Below the pieces are notes generated by a model. The model did not search any database. It had not been told where the DNA came from and was given only the letters and a program-made list of their open reading frames with translations. From NCBI RefSeq assembly GCF_006345805.1, contig NC_043003.1, forward strand, positions 4,340,001-4,404,000: 64,000 nucleotides of DNA. The letters run 5' to 3'. The DNA comes from Octopus sinensis. Taxonomy: Eukaryota. This document shows positions 1 through 12,691 of this stretch, piece by piece. A program made the position numbers and the translations under genes. Positions within the stretch are counted from its first letter, which is position 1; each line of letters begins with the position of its first letter.

Positions 1-263
1 TTACAGGGACGTAAACGCGCCAACATCGGTCGTCAAGTGTAGGTGGGGGGACAAACGCAAACATACAGACATATACACACACACCATATATATATATACA
101 TATACACGAGGGGCTTCTTTCAATTTCCGTCTACCGTATCCACTCACAAGGCTTTAGTCGGCCCGAGGCTATAGTAGAAGACACTTGCCCAAAATGCCAC
201 GCAGTGGGACTGAACCCGGAACCACGTGGTTTGTACACAGAGTACTTACCACACAGCTATTCC
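1..263 (-). mobile_element. SINE family A (tRNA head + CORE-like domain), cut by window edge
   Basis: Reverse complement contains GGTTCAGTCCCACTGCGTGGC...TTGGGCAAGTGTCTTCTACTATAGCCTCGGGCCGAC, shared with more than 20 copies in the window. Confidence 0.9.
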
Positions 264-279
264 ATATATATATATATAA

Positions 280-510
280 GTTCAGCAAAATTTAGATTTA
301 GATGAATATGGTACTTAAGTTAAAGGCACCAGAATTTGGTATGGTATTATCCATAAAAATTAAATGGGGTGATTATAATCAAAATAAGCAACAAGGATAT
401 CCAAAGTAGAGTAGTACAATTATTTCATGCTACTTCATTTTATTAAACACTGTAAGTATTACATCAGTTTTAAAATGTCGAGCAATCTTCAACCACATAT
501 AGAATTTTTT
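280..510. repeat. Unclassified dispersed repeat, possibly Penelope-derived
   Basis: TTCAGCAAAATTTAGA...AAAGGCACCAGAATTT.GTATGGTATTATCCAT...AATCAAAATAAGC recurs at about 59435-59545; both copies lie next to (TA)n. Confidence 0.6.
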
Positions 511-642
511 AATTTATAAATATATATATAGAGAGAGTGGTTGTATACTGTCAACTTAACGTGACAGTCCTGTAAGGAAATTTCACCACCGCTGTTTAGC
601 CATAAGAAGCATCGACGCTTCCTGTCGGCCTTGACACATTTC

Positions 643-776
643 CTGTATGGTAAGCAGTTTGGTTACCAGCCACGTGCTTCCGGGTTCAGTCCCACTGCGT
701 GTCACCTTGGGCAAGTCTTCTGCTATAGTCTCGGGCCGACCAATGCCTTGTGAGTGGATTTGGTAGACGGAAACTC
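643..776 (+). mobile_element. SINE family A, 5' part
   Basis: B-box GGTTCAGTCCC and CORE-like TTGGGCAAGT...GGTAGACGGAAACT; ends in (TG)n. Confidence 0.85.
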
Positions 777-799
777 TGTGTGTGTGTGTGTGTGCGTGC

Positions 800-835
<36 letters not shown>

Positions 836-999
836 GTGTGTATATATTTGATTGTCTGCTTTTGCCTTTATGCAGATACGTATGTATGTATGGATATAAT
901 TGAAGACAATATATTATTTATATATGGAAATATACAGTCATGCGTAATCTTTCTCTCTCACCCTCTTTCTTTGTGTGTTTCACATTCACACACCAACAA

Positions 1000-1031
<32 letters not shown>

Positions 1032-1617
1032 ACACACACACACACTGACACACGCACACACACACACACGCACACATGTTTATGAATGAAACTTGCAGAA
1101 ATGCAAATTTTTCAAAATGAAGATTAAACTTAAGACCATGAACTATTGTATGGCTGCATGTATGTACATATGCTTGTATGTATATATATATATGTGTGTA
1201 TATGTCTCTGTATGCCTATGTGTGCACTTATGTGCGTAGCTACTGATCTCGGCGCAAGTATGTAATGTGTTTGAAGTTGTGACAGAATCACGCATTTATT
1301 ATGGGGAATAATCTTTATATCCATTAACTTCTGACCCACATAAAGATCAGTACTATACACAGCGAACACACACACACAACACTCTTATATGCATATATAT
1401 ATATGAGTGTGTGTTTACATATGCATGTATGCGTATGTGTGTGTGTATGCATGCATCAGTGTTGTAGTCAGTAACCATATAGCAGTGGGAATGTAACCGT
1501 TTGGTATTGATTCTCAGACAAAAATTCTGCTGTACATAGACACACACTTGTGAGCACACAACCATACACACACACACGAACATGTATATGTATATTATAT
1601 GTATTCATGTATGCGTC

Positions 1618-1702
<85 letters not shown>

Positions 1703-1790
1703 TTATTTACATGCATACAAATATATATATATATCTGTATTTAAATAAGTTTGTGTATATATGCATATGTACAAATTTGTGTGTGTGTGT
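777..1790. repeat. Cluster of (TG)n, (CA)n and (TA)n microsatellites
   Basis: Arrays at about 777-842, 995-1075 and 1617-1700. Confidence 0.95.
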
Positions 1791-2884
1791 TTGTGTAATG
1801 AAATACACGCGCATATGTTTGATAAATGTGTGTTGAAATTTTGAATAGCCATCCGAAGAGGAGGGGAGAGAGTGGGTGAGAGAGATCATGCTGGTCTCTA
1901 ATCGTTGCTGTACTTCCTGTTGCTAGCTAAGGCCCCGTTGCCATGTATTTTATCTCGAGTATTGAAATCTCTGCCATTTTTAATATTATCTTTCATCCTT
2001 CAGTCGCTGCTACAAGAATTCTTTCTGCTTCTTTAAACCCCACAGTTGCTATTTCTAGAAAGCCAAGATTTCTTATATCACACCCACAGACTTACCAAGA
2101 AATTATGTGACATTGGGTGATGCAATTTTAGACAGACAATATCGGATATTGAAGTTGTTTCTGTTTTTTTTTATTTTCATAGCGCTGCTAAATCTGAATT
2201 GACCTGACTTGGCCATCCCCCTCTCACCGCCTCTATCTCACAGGCAATCTACATCGCCTACTAAATTCTGGGACATAAACCTGCAGGAAGAGCAGCCAAA
2301 GTACTCAAAAATGAGAACCGTTATTATTTTGGAGACTGGATGATGCATTGAATAATGTATTTCTAGATAAGCTTTGAAGAAAAGACGGGGTAGGCCTGGC
2401 TGGAATTCTTTTGGAAATACATTGTCCGTCAAGTTTATCTTAGTGCGAAGCAAATATCTTAATCAATTCTTTGAAATCGATTCACGTGGAAATCGATCCT
2501 TGTCCATTATTGTTAGACAACTAATGAGGTAACACTGGAGTTTGTAAAGCGACCTCTGACCTCAATGCAACATAACCGATCGAAACTGATTTCTTAAGTA
2601 ATCAATCACTTTGAACTCTGAAGACATACCGATATAACTTTGATGTGTATTATCGCAATTGAACGAATTAGAATATAGAAATTCTTGCTCTTATTATCTC
2701 TGATGTTTCATCATGATTCAACCATTGACTCAAATATTGGTTTCTCTGTCGCTGTGTCTTTAACTGTTACAACGGTTGCTGTTTGTCTGAATTTTGTTGT
2801 TAACATGTACCCTCTCAAACTTGACACTAACAGCCTGCTCTTATCTTTTCCTCCTCTCAAAGCCCAGATTTGTGCAAACCATAT

Positions 2885-3120
2885 ATATTTCTTTACTACC
2901 CACAAGGGGCTAAACACAGAGGGGACAAACAAGGACAGACAAACGGACTAAGTCGATTACATCGACCCCAGTGCGTAACTAGTACTTAATTTATCGACCC
3001 CGAAAGGATAAAAGGAAAAGCCGACCTCGGCGGAATTTGAACTCAGAACGTAACGGCAGACAAAATAAGGCTACGCATTTCGCACGGCGTGCTAACGTTT
3101 CTGCCAGCTCGCCGTCTACA
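2885..3120 (-). mobile_element. SINE family B (tRNA head + Nin/Deu-like domain), full length with 14-bp TSD
   Basis: TSD TGTGCAAACCATAT at 2871-2884 and 3121-3134; A-box-like TGGCAGAAACGTTAGC and B-box GAGTTCAAATTCC on the minus strand. Confidence 0.95.
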
Positions 3121-3534
3121 TGTGCAAACCATATCACCAATTATTTCTTCCCAGAAGTGCCACCAATTTCTTCACGTTTTTCTTGCAGATATCCACTTCA
3201 CACCGAACATCTACCGCATCAATTTCTTTTGACTAACAGGATATTCAAACGTCATGAAGAACTTCCCTTCATGATTCTCTCTTCCATAAAAAGGGAGATT
3301 TTGCAATACCAAGGGTCAACAATGCCACTGATTACAGATCAACCTACTTCTTGATACCCCTCTTTACTACTGATCCTTATCTCTAGGGAGGCATCTTTTC
3401 GTGAGGCATAATTTCAGTGTCTTAAGATTACTCGTTGACTTTAGAGTACCATCACAATTCACAGTAATTGTGATACCTCCTAACAGTAAGAAGAACTGAG
3501 GTTTCAGTTCTGGTAGTCCAGTCTTACAGGTAGG

Positions 3535-4106
3535 TGAACTGAGATTAACGCAGTCAATTACAGCATCGTATTGTACCTCTTTGCAGCCAGGTAGACCAAG
3601 CTTACATTAGTTGATTATTACACACTACGGTACAAAATTACTGTTAGCTGGATCGTCCCTCCTTTAGGTGTTTATGAAACGATGTATTACCACTTCCTCG
3701 GTAGCTGGACTGACCTATCAGCCGGTGTTTACTAGAGCTCATAGCTGGACAGGCCCTAAAACAAGTGTATATGACACTCTCTTGTATCGCCTCATAGATG
3801 GCTGGACAGATCTTGATGTAGTCAATTACTCCACTCCCAAAAACCGCATTACTGGTTACCTTAGAGCAGGAGTTTATTAGGGATATGGAACAAGATAACA
3901 TTTCATTGGATTGATCTTATAACTGGTGTTTATTACATTCTATGGTATCATTTCAGAGTTGGTGTCCATTACCACCAGTTGTACCACCCTACAGATAGTG
4001 GGACTGATCTTACAGCGTTTGGTTATTTCAGTGTTGGTCAAAGGAACTTATATCTTCCCGCCTTATATTCAAAATATCGGTTTCAAATTTTGGCACAAGG
4101 CCAGTA
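3535..4106 (+). pseudogene. Decayed coding relic with 19-aa (57-bp) tandem repeats, product unknown
   Basis: Units in exact 57-bp register at 3535, 3592, 3649 and 3706 (e.g. WIVPPLGVYETMYYHFLGS, WTDLSAGVY), more at 3746, 3803, 3907 and 4000; synonymous third-position differences between units; stops and frameshifts. Confidence 0.5.
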
Positions 4107-4121
4107 ATTTCGGGGAGAGGC

Positions 4122-4288
4122 TAAGTCGACCACATTGAACCCAGTTCTCAGCTGGTACTTAATTTATCGACCCCGAAAGGATAAAAGACAAAGTCCTCCT
4201 CGATGGAATTTGAACTAAAAACGTAAAGGCGGACGAAATGCTGCAAAGCATTTCATTCGGCATGCTACCGATTCTGCCAGCACGTTGC
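4122..4288 (-). mobile_element. SINE family B, older diverged copy
   Basis: CTGGTACTTAATTTATCGACCCCGAAAGGAT...GGAATTTGAACT...TTCTGCCAGC. Confidence 0.85.
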
Positions 4289-4454
4289 CTGTTGGGGATT
4301 CCTACTCCCTAATGATCATTGAAATGTTTTGCCTCTCTACTTCACTTTTTAACAATGATAAACTCAAATAGTTTTTGCGTCTATAAATCTTCGTTTTTCG
4401 TTATAATAGAAGACAAGTTGAAGAGCTTTAAATCCGTCGTTTTATTAAACATAG

Positions 4455-4826
4455 CAATTTCCTTACCCGCTTTCAAATCCTCTCAGCCCTCCTCTGCCTG
4501 TGCAAAATACTGGATTAGGCCATCTTGAGAATCCTGAGACAAATCCTTACAATTAGATGAACTCAAATTTCGAGACTGCAGTTGGTCTGCCAAGAACTCA
4601 GCAGAATGCTTCAGGCGGTATTCGATCCCTCGATCTCTCTGATACTACTCTAATACTTTGTTCACTCGACCAGCTATCGTTTCAAAACATCTACGAAAGC
4701 GTATTTAAGCAGTCACGTGGGATGCTAAATATAGCAACCAAATCTTTATCATATCACATTTTATTGAATTCAGAAATTGAGAAGAAACTGGATAATATAA
4801 TTCTAGATTTCCTGTGTCTAAAATAA
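4455..4826 (+). pseudogene. Possible continuation of the decayed coding relic
   Basis: 124 codons with one internal stop (QFPYPLSNPLSPPLP...*MNSNFETAVG...LDFLCLK*) in non-repetitive DNA; no recognisable family. Confidence 0.2.
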
Positions 4827-5497
4827 GACGTGATTGTCACGGCTGAAATGCTTTCAATCTTACAAGTTTGCTTAATCACGGCTGACTTGTTCCTAAACAA
4901 CAACAATAACAGCAAAAAGTCAAAATCATATTTTCCACCAGCTGAATAAAGAAATAAATTCATGTGGTATGAGGTGTCTATACCAGAGATGTTATAGACA
5001 GAACACCGTGTATGCCTATAAGCCTACATGTAGGCCAAAACATCTGTCTATATCCGTCCGTCATTTCTGAAACAAAGTTTAGAATATTTTCATTCCCCAA
5101 GTAAATATATACATCATTTCTTAAAATTATTTCCCTGTCATTTTCACAATGGCTAACAGTTACCGCTAGGTTTTTGTTTTCTTTCTCTATCGTAATAGAA
5201 AAATTGAAATATTAAATTTAGAATCCATCGAATATGGCAGTCAGCACAACTCCTCTGGAAATTCAATTTATACCTCTTGCCTATTTCAGTTGCTTTTTTT
5301 CATTTTTTTTTTTGACAACATGTTTTTTGGGGTTTTTAAAAATCTTAATAGTCATTAAACTCTCTCATTATCCCTTATTACGGACAACACTGTTAAGTCT
5401 GTCCTGTCTCGCCTGCTCTTTTCTTTTTCTTGCTGAGTGTGAAAGATGAGGTACTGCCCGTAGCCGTCAGAAACCCTCCGAAACCAGAAGATTGTTA

Positions 5498-5863
5498 TCT
5501 CTCTATATATAAACGGCAAAATATCTGCGTGTGTGTCCTTTATACAAATCCACAATTTTTCAGTTAGAGGGCTCGCACTTTCTATGGTCATTTAAAACCG
5601 TCCAAGGGTGGTCATGCACATCCTTGCATTTCCCCAGTCACTCCGCAAAGCCATTAAAAATTCAACAGAAGTGACTTTTTTGTGAATTTTCTATCCAAAG
5701 CCCAATCAAAATGCCCGAAACTTGATACGCCAATTGGATGCCAGCTAGCTGTATGTGATTGGTCGGAGATTTGGACAGTACTCGTGTGTATGTGCGCACG
5801 CATGTGCAGCTGTATATGCATGCACTAGCACTATGACCCGGCGTTGCTGGGTCATAGTGCTAG
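5498..5863 (+). mobile_element. Non-autonomous Helitron
   Basis: 5' A|TCTCTCTATATATAAAC; 3' hairpin (5824-5864) ending CTAG|T; A|T target with no TSD. Confidence 0.8.
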
Positions 5864-6180
5864 TTGTTAATATTTCTCTCATACATTTTTGAAGGTCAAC
5901 ATCTGAAGGAAAAACAAAAGCAGGTGGGGAATTCCCAACTGCCAGGTTTCTAATTATGGCTGGAGTTCTTACGGTGTTTGGCAATAATCAGACAATGACA
6001 AGAATTAAATAATTTTCAAACCAATTTGCGTTGCGGTCGATCGAGTGACAAAATTAGTTATCATCTCAGACAAGAAAGAGAAATAGACATTTTATATTTT
6101 ATCAACCCACAGAGTTTTGGGGGAGAAATGTTACTATCATGACCTATGTTGCCTAAGTAACATTCAATAAAATTAGAAAT

Positions 6181-6193
6181 TTCTCTCTCTTTT

Positions 6194-6291
<98 letters not shown>

Positions 6292-6295
6292 CTCT
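6181..6295. repeat. (CT)n / (TATC)n microsatellite
   Basis: Seen directly. Confidence 0.95.
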
Positions 6296-6828
6296 GCCTC
6301 AACATTATTCTTCATTCCTTTGCAACCCATGATTGCGTCTCAAAATGCAATCATTTCCTTGTTGTTCAACAAGACGTGTTTGAAGTATTATATTCAGAAA
6401 ATAAGTTCACTGCGTATTTGAATCGTGTGTAGAAGAAGGAGGTATTATTGCCGGAAATTCATTGTCTTTCCTTTCAAAAGGCTGACATTTTATTTCACTA
6501 ACAACGATAGCCTCTATCGGTATCAGGTATCAGCCTCAATCAACGGGTTTAAATTACCTAACTACTTCTGTTACTTGTTGTAGTCGGACCAATACGGGTT
6601 CGAACTCGTTTCCAATCCGTCATCAATTTCGTTTTATCAAATCAAAGTGTCATGTAGTGAATAAAAATATGGAGAAATTAAAGGGTGACACTTAGTGTTA
6701 ATTAAAAATATTTTTGCATTGTTATGGTTCTCATTGCATTTCAAATCCATAGAGCTTCAGGAAATAATACAAACACACACACACACACACACACACACCA
6801 CACACACACACCACACACACACCACAAC

Positions 6829-6896
<68 letters not shown>

Positions 6897-7229
6897 AATG
6901 CCACCCTCATCTCTGCTCTTTACTTCTTTGTACCTATTTAATTAAAGACATGCCAGCGTAAACCATGAGTTTCCCATGTTCTTATATCCATTTTCTTCCC
7001 TTTTATATATATATTAGAAGATTTGGAGATGATGTATTTTATATTAGAAGAAATGAGTTACTCAGAAATTCGGATGGTTTTATATTTACAGATATTTATT
7101 TGCATATTACATGTTTTTATACGTCATATATCATATATCAGCGCTTTCGTCCATTCTAGTGGAGTCTTCAAATTGAACTAAGTTCTTGGGGAAAATTTGA
7201 CCATTTATATATATATATATATATATATA

Positions 7230-7400
7230 TCCTCTGTCCTCCCGTCTCGGGATCTTTCTTTCTTTCTCTTATGTTTCCGACGAAGAGCTCCGCTCGAAAC
7301 GTCATACCCTCCTTCTTCCATTTTCCTGAGCGCCTAATAATAATAATACTGTAATTGTTCCACGTGTTGTTGTTTTTTCTGTTTTTCCCGTTTGGATTAA
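7230..7400 (+). mobile_element. Penelope-like terminal fragment with hammerhead-like motif
   Basis: TTTCCGACGAAGAGCTCCGCTCGAAACGTC at 7274-7303; homologous to 19700-19910 (minus); flanked by (TA)n. Confidence 0.7.
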
Positions 7401-7405
7401 ACCTT

Positions 7406-7461
<56 letters not shown>

Positions 7462-7478
7462 ATATATATATATATATT

Positions 7479-7597
7479 ACGAGCTTCTTTCAGTTTCTGT
7501 CTATGAAATCCGTTCAAAAAGGTTCCACGTAGTTGGACTGAACATGGAACCACATAGCTGGAAAGCAAATTTCTTACCACACAGTCACGCCTGCGCC
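7479..7597 (-). mobile_element. SINE family A, internally deleted 5' part
   Basis: GCTTCTTTCAGTTTC...CTTACCACACAGTCACGCCTGCGCC. Confidence 0.8.
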
Positions 7598-8017
7598 TAA
7601 CATATGCTACACACTTATAAATAAATCAATATTTGAACTCGCCCAAAGTTTCTTTATTTCCTGTCGCTGCTTCGCGTTATTACTTATGCAGTTGTTTAAG
7701 CCAAGGAGTTTCAGAATACAAATCAGTCGCATATATTAACTGAGTGATTATTAAATTAACACCTTTTTTTTTTGTCAGATCAGAATTACCTCCCTTTTGT
7801 ATTTCATGCTGAAGGAAACGAAAGGATCCAGAAATGCACCTAGTGGTCCAATAAAGGGTGCCACTCAGCAACCGATAATGGTGTATTGACAATGTTTACC
7901 TTAAGCAAGAAATTTGTTTCCGAGGTAAACTGCTATGAAATGGCCTTTAAAAGTTAAAATATATCCCTAGCATACTTGAACTGACCTAAAATTTGCTTAT
8001 TTCTCATCACTGTTTCA

Positions 8018-8070
<53 letters not shown>

Positions 8071-8325
8071 TTTGGCTGTGAGAGCTATTCTTATAGCGCA
8101 CAAGCTCCTTGCAGGGGGTCTCCTATGTATGACAGGCTAAAGGATCGCGGTCAGACCATTATGGTGTACGTCTTTCCGGAGATAAAGAGATAAAGAGCCG
8201 ACATTTCTACCTCAAGAGAAAGTAAAGCAATTAGAAGAATCGATGACAATTTCAAAGAAGAGAACTTGGGAGAGAATAAAAGACAGCCCAGGTCAAGGAC
8301 AGGGAGTGAATGGCTTAAATCAAAT

Positions 8326-8407
<82 letters not shown>

Positions 8408-8679
8408 CACACGCACACACGCACACATTTATATAACGTCATTACATGAACTGAAATTATCAGGCCGTGCATTGGCGACACGGTTCTTTACTCAGCCATA
8501 GGTTCCATCATGGTTGACTGAGGAGGTGTGCAGCTGTTGAACATAGAAGCTTAGAGTTTCGACCTGATAGCTTTAACTGATTGAATAAATTAGGTATACT
8601 CCTCTTCTGGTATAGAGTACATTTTCTCACATACGTCATCACTAAGGCATTTTATCAGTCCTCTCCCCCAACACCACTG

Positions 8680-8713
<34 letters not shown>

Positions 8714-9088
8714 CCATATAGATATATACGTATGTATATATGTATTTATATACCTTTTCAGCTTTGTATATCTCCATTCCTGGTACGTCATTCTCCCACC
8801 CTGTCACTCTGAACAGTTCGGTGACAAACAACTACCCTGCCATCATTAACATTATAAGAAATCCCTATAGTCCGCATATTTTCCTTCCTCCTACTGCCCC
8901 TCATCTCCCTCAATGCCCCAGTGGATCTGAAAATCAACAGCGCAGAAGTCACTAAATAAACATCAACTATTATGATTATTTCAATTATAGAACATAAAGC
9001 AGTCTGCCATGTCACACTCTCTCAAACACTATCACTTCCTCTCTCTCTCTCCCTCTCCTTCTCTTTCTCTCTCCATATCTATCTATCG

Positions 9089-9130
<42 letters not shown>

Positions 9131-9609
9131 CACACACATACTCGCGTGTTTGTGTGATTCTGTGCTTGTGTGTTTGTGATAGTTTGTGTTCGTATATCGT
9201 TACACAACTATATAATATAATTGAATTTCCAAAAGCTGTATAGATTTCTCTGCCGTCAATGGTGACATGATTTTCAGAATTCCGAACGAAATTTAAGCTA
9301 AATTTACTCAAGATAAAGGAAACCGAACAATGTTTCGGTAAACTTTCGGGGTTTTTCACTTAGATTAACAAAGTTTGGTGAAATCAGTGAAGGGAACCAA
9401 AAAATGTCTTCACTAATTCCCGCTTATTTATTCCAGCAGACTATTTCTGTGGCTGACTAACGTAAACAAATATCTTAAATGGCAGATTTATGTAGAAACT
9501 GTCATTTGAAGGGGAAACAAATAATAAGAAGAAAGGTATAATATGACATTATGGCTACAATAATAGAACGCCATTGTCTGAAATAGAACTTCGCTTTTGT
9601 GGGCAGCAC

Positions 9610-9772
9610 AGGCGTCGCTCGCTGTATGGTTAGCAGCATTGTTTCAATGCAATCTTCGCGTTTGTGCTTTCGATACCACAGTGCGGTAGTTGGGGCAAGT
9701 ATCGACGATTATAACCTCGGATCATCTCAGGCGTTGTGGGCTAAACTGGATAGACGAAAACTGCGTGGAAAC
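9610..9772 (+). mobile_element. Very old SINE family A copy
   Basis: Colinear diverged match: CTGTATGGTTAGCAGC...TTGGGGCAAGTAT...TAGACGAAAACTG. Confidence 0.6.
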
Positions 9773-10489
9773 CTCTTGAATGAACTGCACTTTTGACTGG
9801 TCGATGAAGGTGAACGTAATCTGTGAATTGAAGAATCGATTAGATAACACTGTCACTCAATCCATGGTGTAGGAGTCTAGCGGGGTCTGCACTGGTGCTG
9901 CAGGTATTAGATTTCTGGTCTGGTGTTAAATTCATCTCTTCCGTTACCCTCCCTGTTTCTGTGACCTAACAGAATATTTACTTGTGCTGCAATTCTGCCT
10001 TTGAATAAATCAAGAGAGAGAGAGAGGGGGAAATTCACATGTCATTGTTTTCCCAAAAATCACTGATTTGGGATACATACGACCGAAAGCATTCCAGTCA
10101 TGACCGTTCTCTGGATTTTCTATCTGCTAGAAACCCGACATTCCACTTTTTTTTTTCAAGCCTTAAAACACAACCGACTTCGCCAACAATTATTGACAGA
10201 CATGGTAGCTAATAAATACTTGTTCCTGTTTCTGTGCGACGGAATCGAACTGTGAACAAGAGGATTGCATTAGTCGAGACAGTGAACCGGACGATATTCC
10301 GACATCCTTAGTCTTTAGTGGGGCCACAACTGGTTGTGTCGGACATTTGGTGAAGACACTCGCTTCCAGTGGGCCGTTGTACTAAGGGACAGCCCATTCT
10401 ATTTTCTCTGGAAGATAGATTAGAGAACATTGTGTTTATATTCTGAACCAAATTTTAAACAATTATGTTTTCTTAATAACTTGAAAGAA

Positions 10490-10800
10490 TTGTTATGTGG
10501 AGGGTGACATCCAGGAAGTTCACTGCATTCGTAATGTTTTCTATGCTGGTCTTAAATCCAGAAGATTTGACTGCACGTAAAAAGTGTTTCTTTAATCTGT
10601 CAAGGTAATAATATCCAGTAGCATCATTTGATATAGCAAAGTCATAAACCAAAGGCAACGACGAAAATAAACTACCTCAAAAGGCCAATATATTCAATCC
10701 CTCGAGATAACTCACCTTCACACCGTCAAAGGATCCAATGCTCTCATCACAAGATCCGCTTCGAACGAAAAGCAGACCTCCCTTGACGTGCATAATTGCC
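10490..10800 (-). mobile_element. Penelope-like element reverse transcriptase fragment, frameshifted
   Basis: IGSFDGVKVSYLEGLNIL resembles the PLE motif MGSFDGAEVCELVGLYIL; YLDRLKKHFLRAVKSSGFKTSIENITNAVNFLDVTL resembles LDRIRK..FK..G..ITIE.N...V.FLDVTL. Confidence 0.8.
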
Positions 10801-11266
10801 TGAACGTTACTATGTTTTATAGTGAAGTATATTTATTGCAATGTTTATTGCTGGCTGCTAATACGTGCTTGGGAATCAAAAGATAAAAATCTATTATAGG
10901 AAACTGATTAAATCTTTCGTTGTAAGCGATCGCGTTAAACCAAACTCTAATTTCACTGCTCTTAGGTCACTGAATTTCGTTCGTTGTTTTCCTCATACTG
11001 TCGCTAATCTATCTAAATATGTCTTCACAACTTATCTTTATTTCTGACTTGGATAGTTTATATCAACCTGAACTTGGGGTCGCATTCAGCTCTAATGAAT
11101 GTGATAGGCTTGGATAATATTTTCGGACTATTGTCTAATCAAAAATACTTGTCCACTAAAATACTTCTACATGACATGGTAATCAGCACAACTGCGGCAG
11201 AAATCCAGGCAACGCTTCTAGCGCATAGCAGCAGCCAAAGCATGATGCCAGCATGACAAAAGGAAG

Positions 11267-11273
11267 ACATATT

Positions 11274-11359
<86 letters not shown>

Positions 11360-11517
11360 TCTGCTGCTGCAACTACTACTAAATAGTAAGTTTGATACTG
11401 TGTCAGCTCAGACTCAGTCTTACATTCTCGCTCGCGCACGCACACACACGCACGCATACACATGTACACACACACGCACACACTTTTACTCCTAATTACC
11501 AATCTAATTCCATTTCC
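11267..11517 (+). repeat. Left arm of a local inverted duplication
   Basis: Reverse complement of 12513-12698, including (CTA)n and a 63-bp non-microsatellite core with 2 mismatches. Confidence 0.9.
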
Positions 11518-11917
11518 TCGTTTACCCTTTATAGCGTGCAAAAACACTCGCAAGGTATTTGTATATACAACCATCCATCCATCCCTACCTATATACTTGC
11601 ATACAATTACATTATCGGATTTCAGAACATATTATTACTCTGAGTAGCAGATAGACTGCACTGAGTACTCATATAGAATTTCGATCAGATCGTATACCGC
11701 CACAGGGCTTATAACTCGTCTGATATATCTCACTTCAATTTTAACAACTTCTCGTATGAAGGAAACAGGTTTAGTTTCTATAAATATGAACCAGAGACGG
11801 GCGAATCTCTGATATGCATACAATATGTATGTATGTCGATTAAATGTGGACCAGTTTTTGTGTGGTGATATTTTTGCGGCACAATCAACCAGCTGTGAAT
11901 TTTCGTAATATATATAC

Positions 11918-12330
11918 TCTCTTTACACTTTACTCTTTTACTGGTTTCAGTCATTTGACTGCGGCCATGCTGGAGCACCGCCTTTTATAGTCGAGCAAAT
12001 CGATCCCAGAGCTTATTCTTTGTAAGCCTAGTACTTATGCTATCGGTCTCTTTTGCCGAACCGCTAAGTTACGGGGACGTAAACACACCAGCAGTGGTTG
12101 TCAAGCGATGCTGGGGGGACAAACAGACACACACACACACACACATATATATATACATACATATATACGACGGGTTTCTTCCAGTTCCCGTCTACCAAAT
12201 CCACTCACAAGGCTTTGGTCGGCTCGAGGCTATAGTAGAAGACACTTGCCCAAGGTTCCACGCAGTGGGACTGAACCCGGAACCATGTGGTTGGCAAGCA
12301 AGCTACTTACCACACACCCACTCCTGCGCC
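11918..12330 (-). mobile_element. SINE family A, full length
   Basis: From head GGCGCAGGAGTGG to tail AAATGACTGAAACCAGTAAAAGAGTAAAG. Confidence 0.95.
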
Positions 12331-12512
12331 TATATTTGTAAAAATTTTGACAAAAGGGAAAGTAAAGTGTTTGGAATTTTATTTAGAAATGTGAAAAAAT
12401 ATATATGAAAAATATAGAAACAGAATCATTCAGAAATAGTATATTATAAAATTAAATATAGATTAAAAGAATTATTTTAAAAAATTAATCTAATTTATCA
12501 AAATGTGAATTG

Positions 12513-12640
12513 GGAAATGGAATTAGATAAGTAATTAGGAGTAAAAGTGTGTGTGCGTGTGTGTGTGCGTGCGTGTGCGTGCGTGCGCGAGCGAGAATGT
12601 AAGACTGAGTCTGAGCTCACACAGTATCAGACTTACTATT

Positions 12641-12691
<51 letters not shown>

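Noticed and set aside
3644-3901. Minus-strand ORF (VIDYIKI...SKHRLI) as a LINE AP-endonuclease fragment
   Set aside because: Only a superficial match to IDY/SDH motifs; the synonymous-change pattern of the 57-bp repeat favours the + strand
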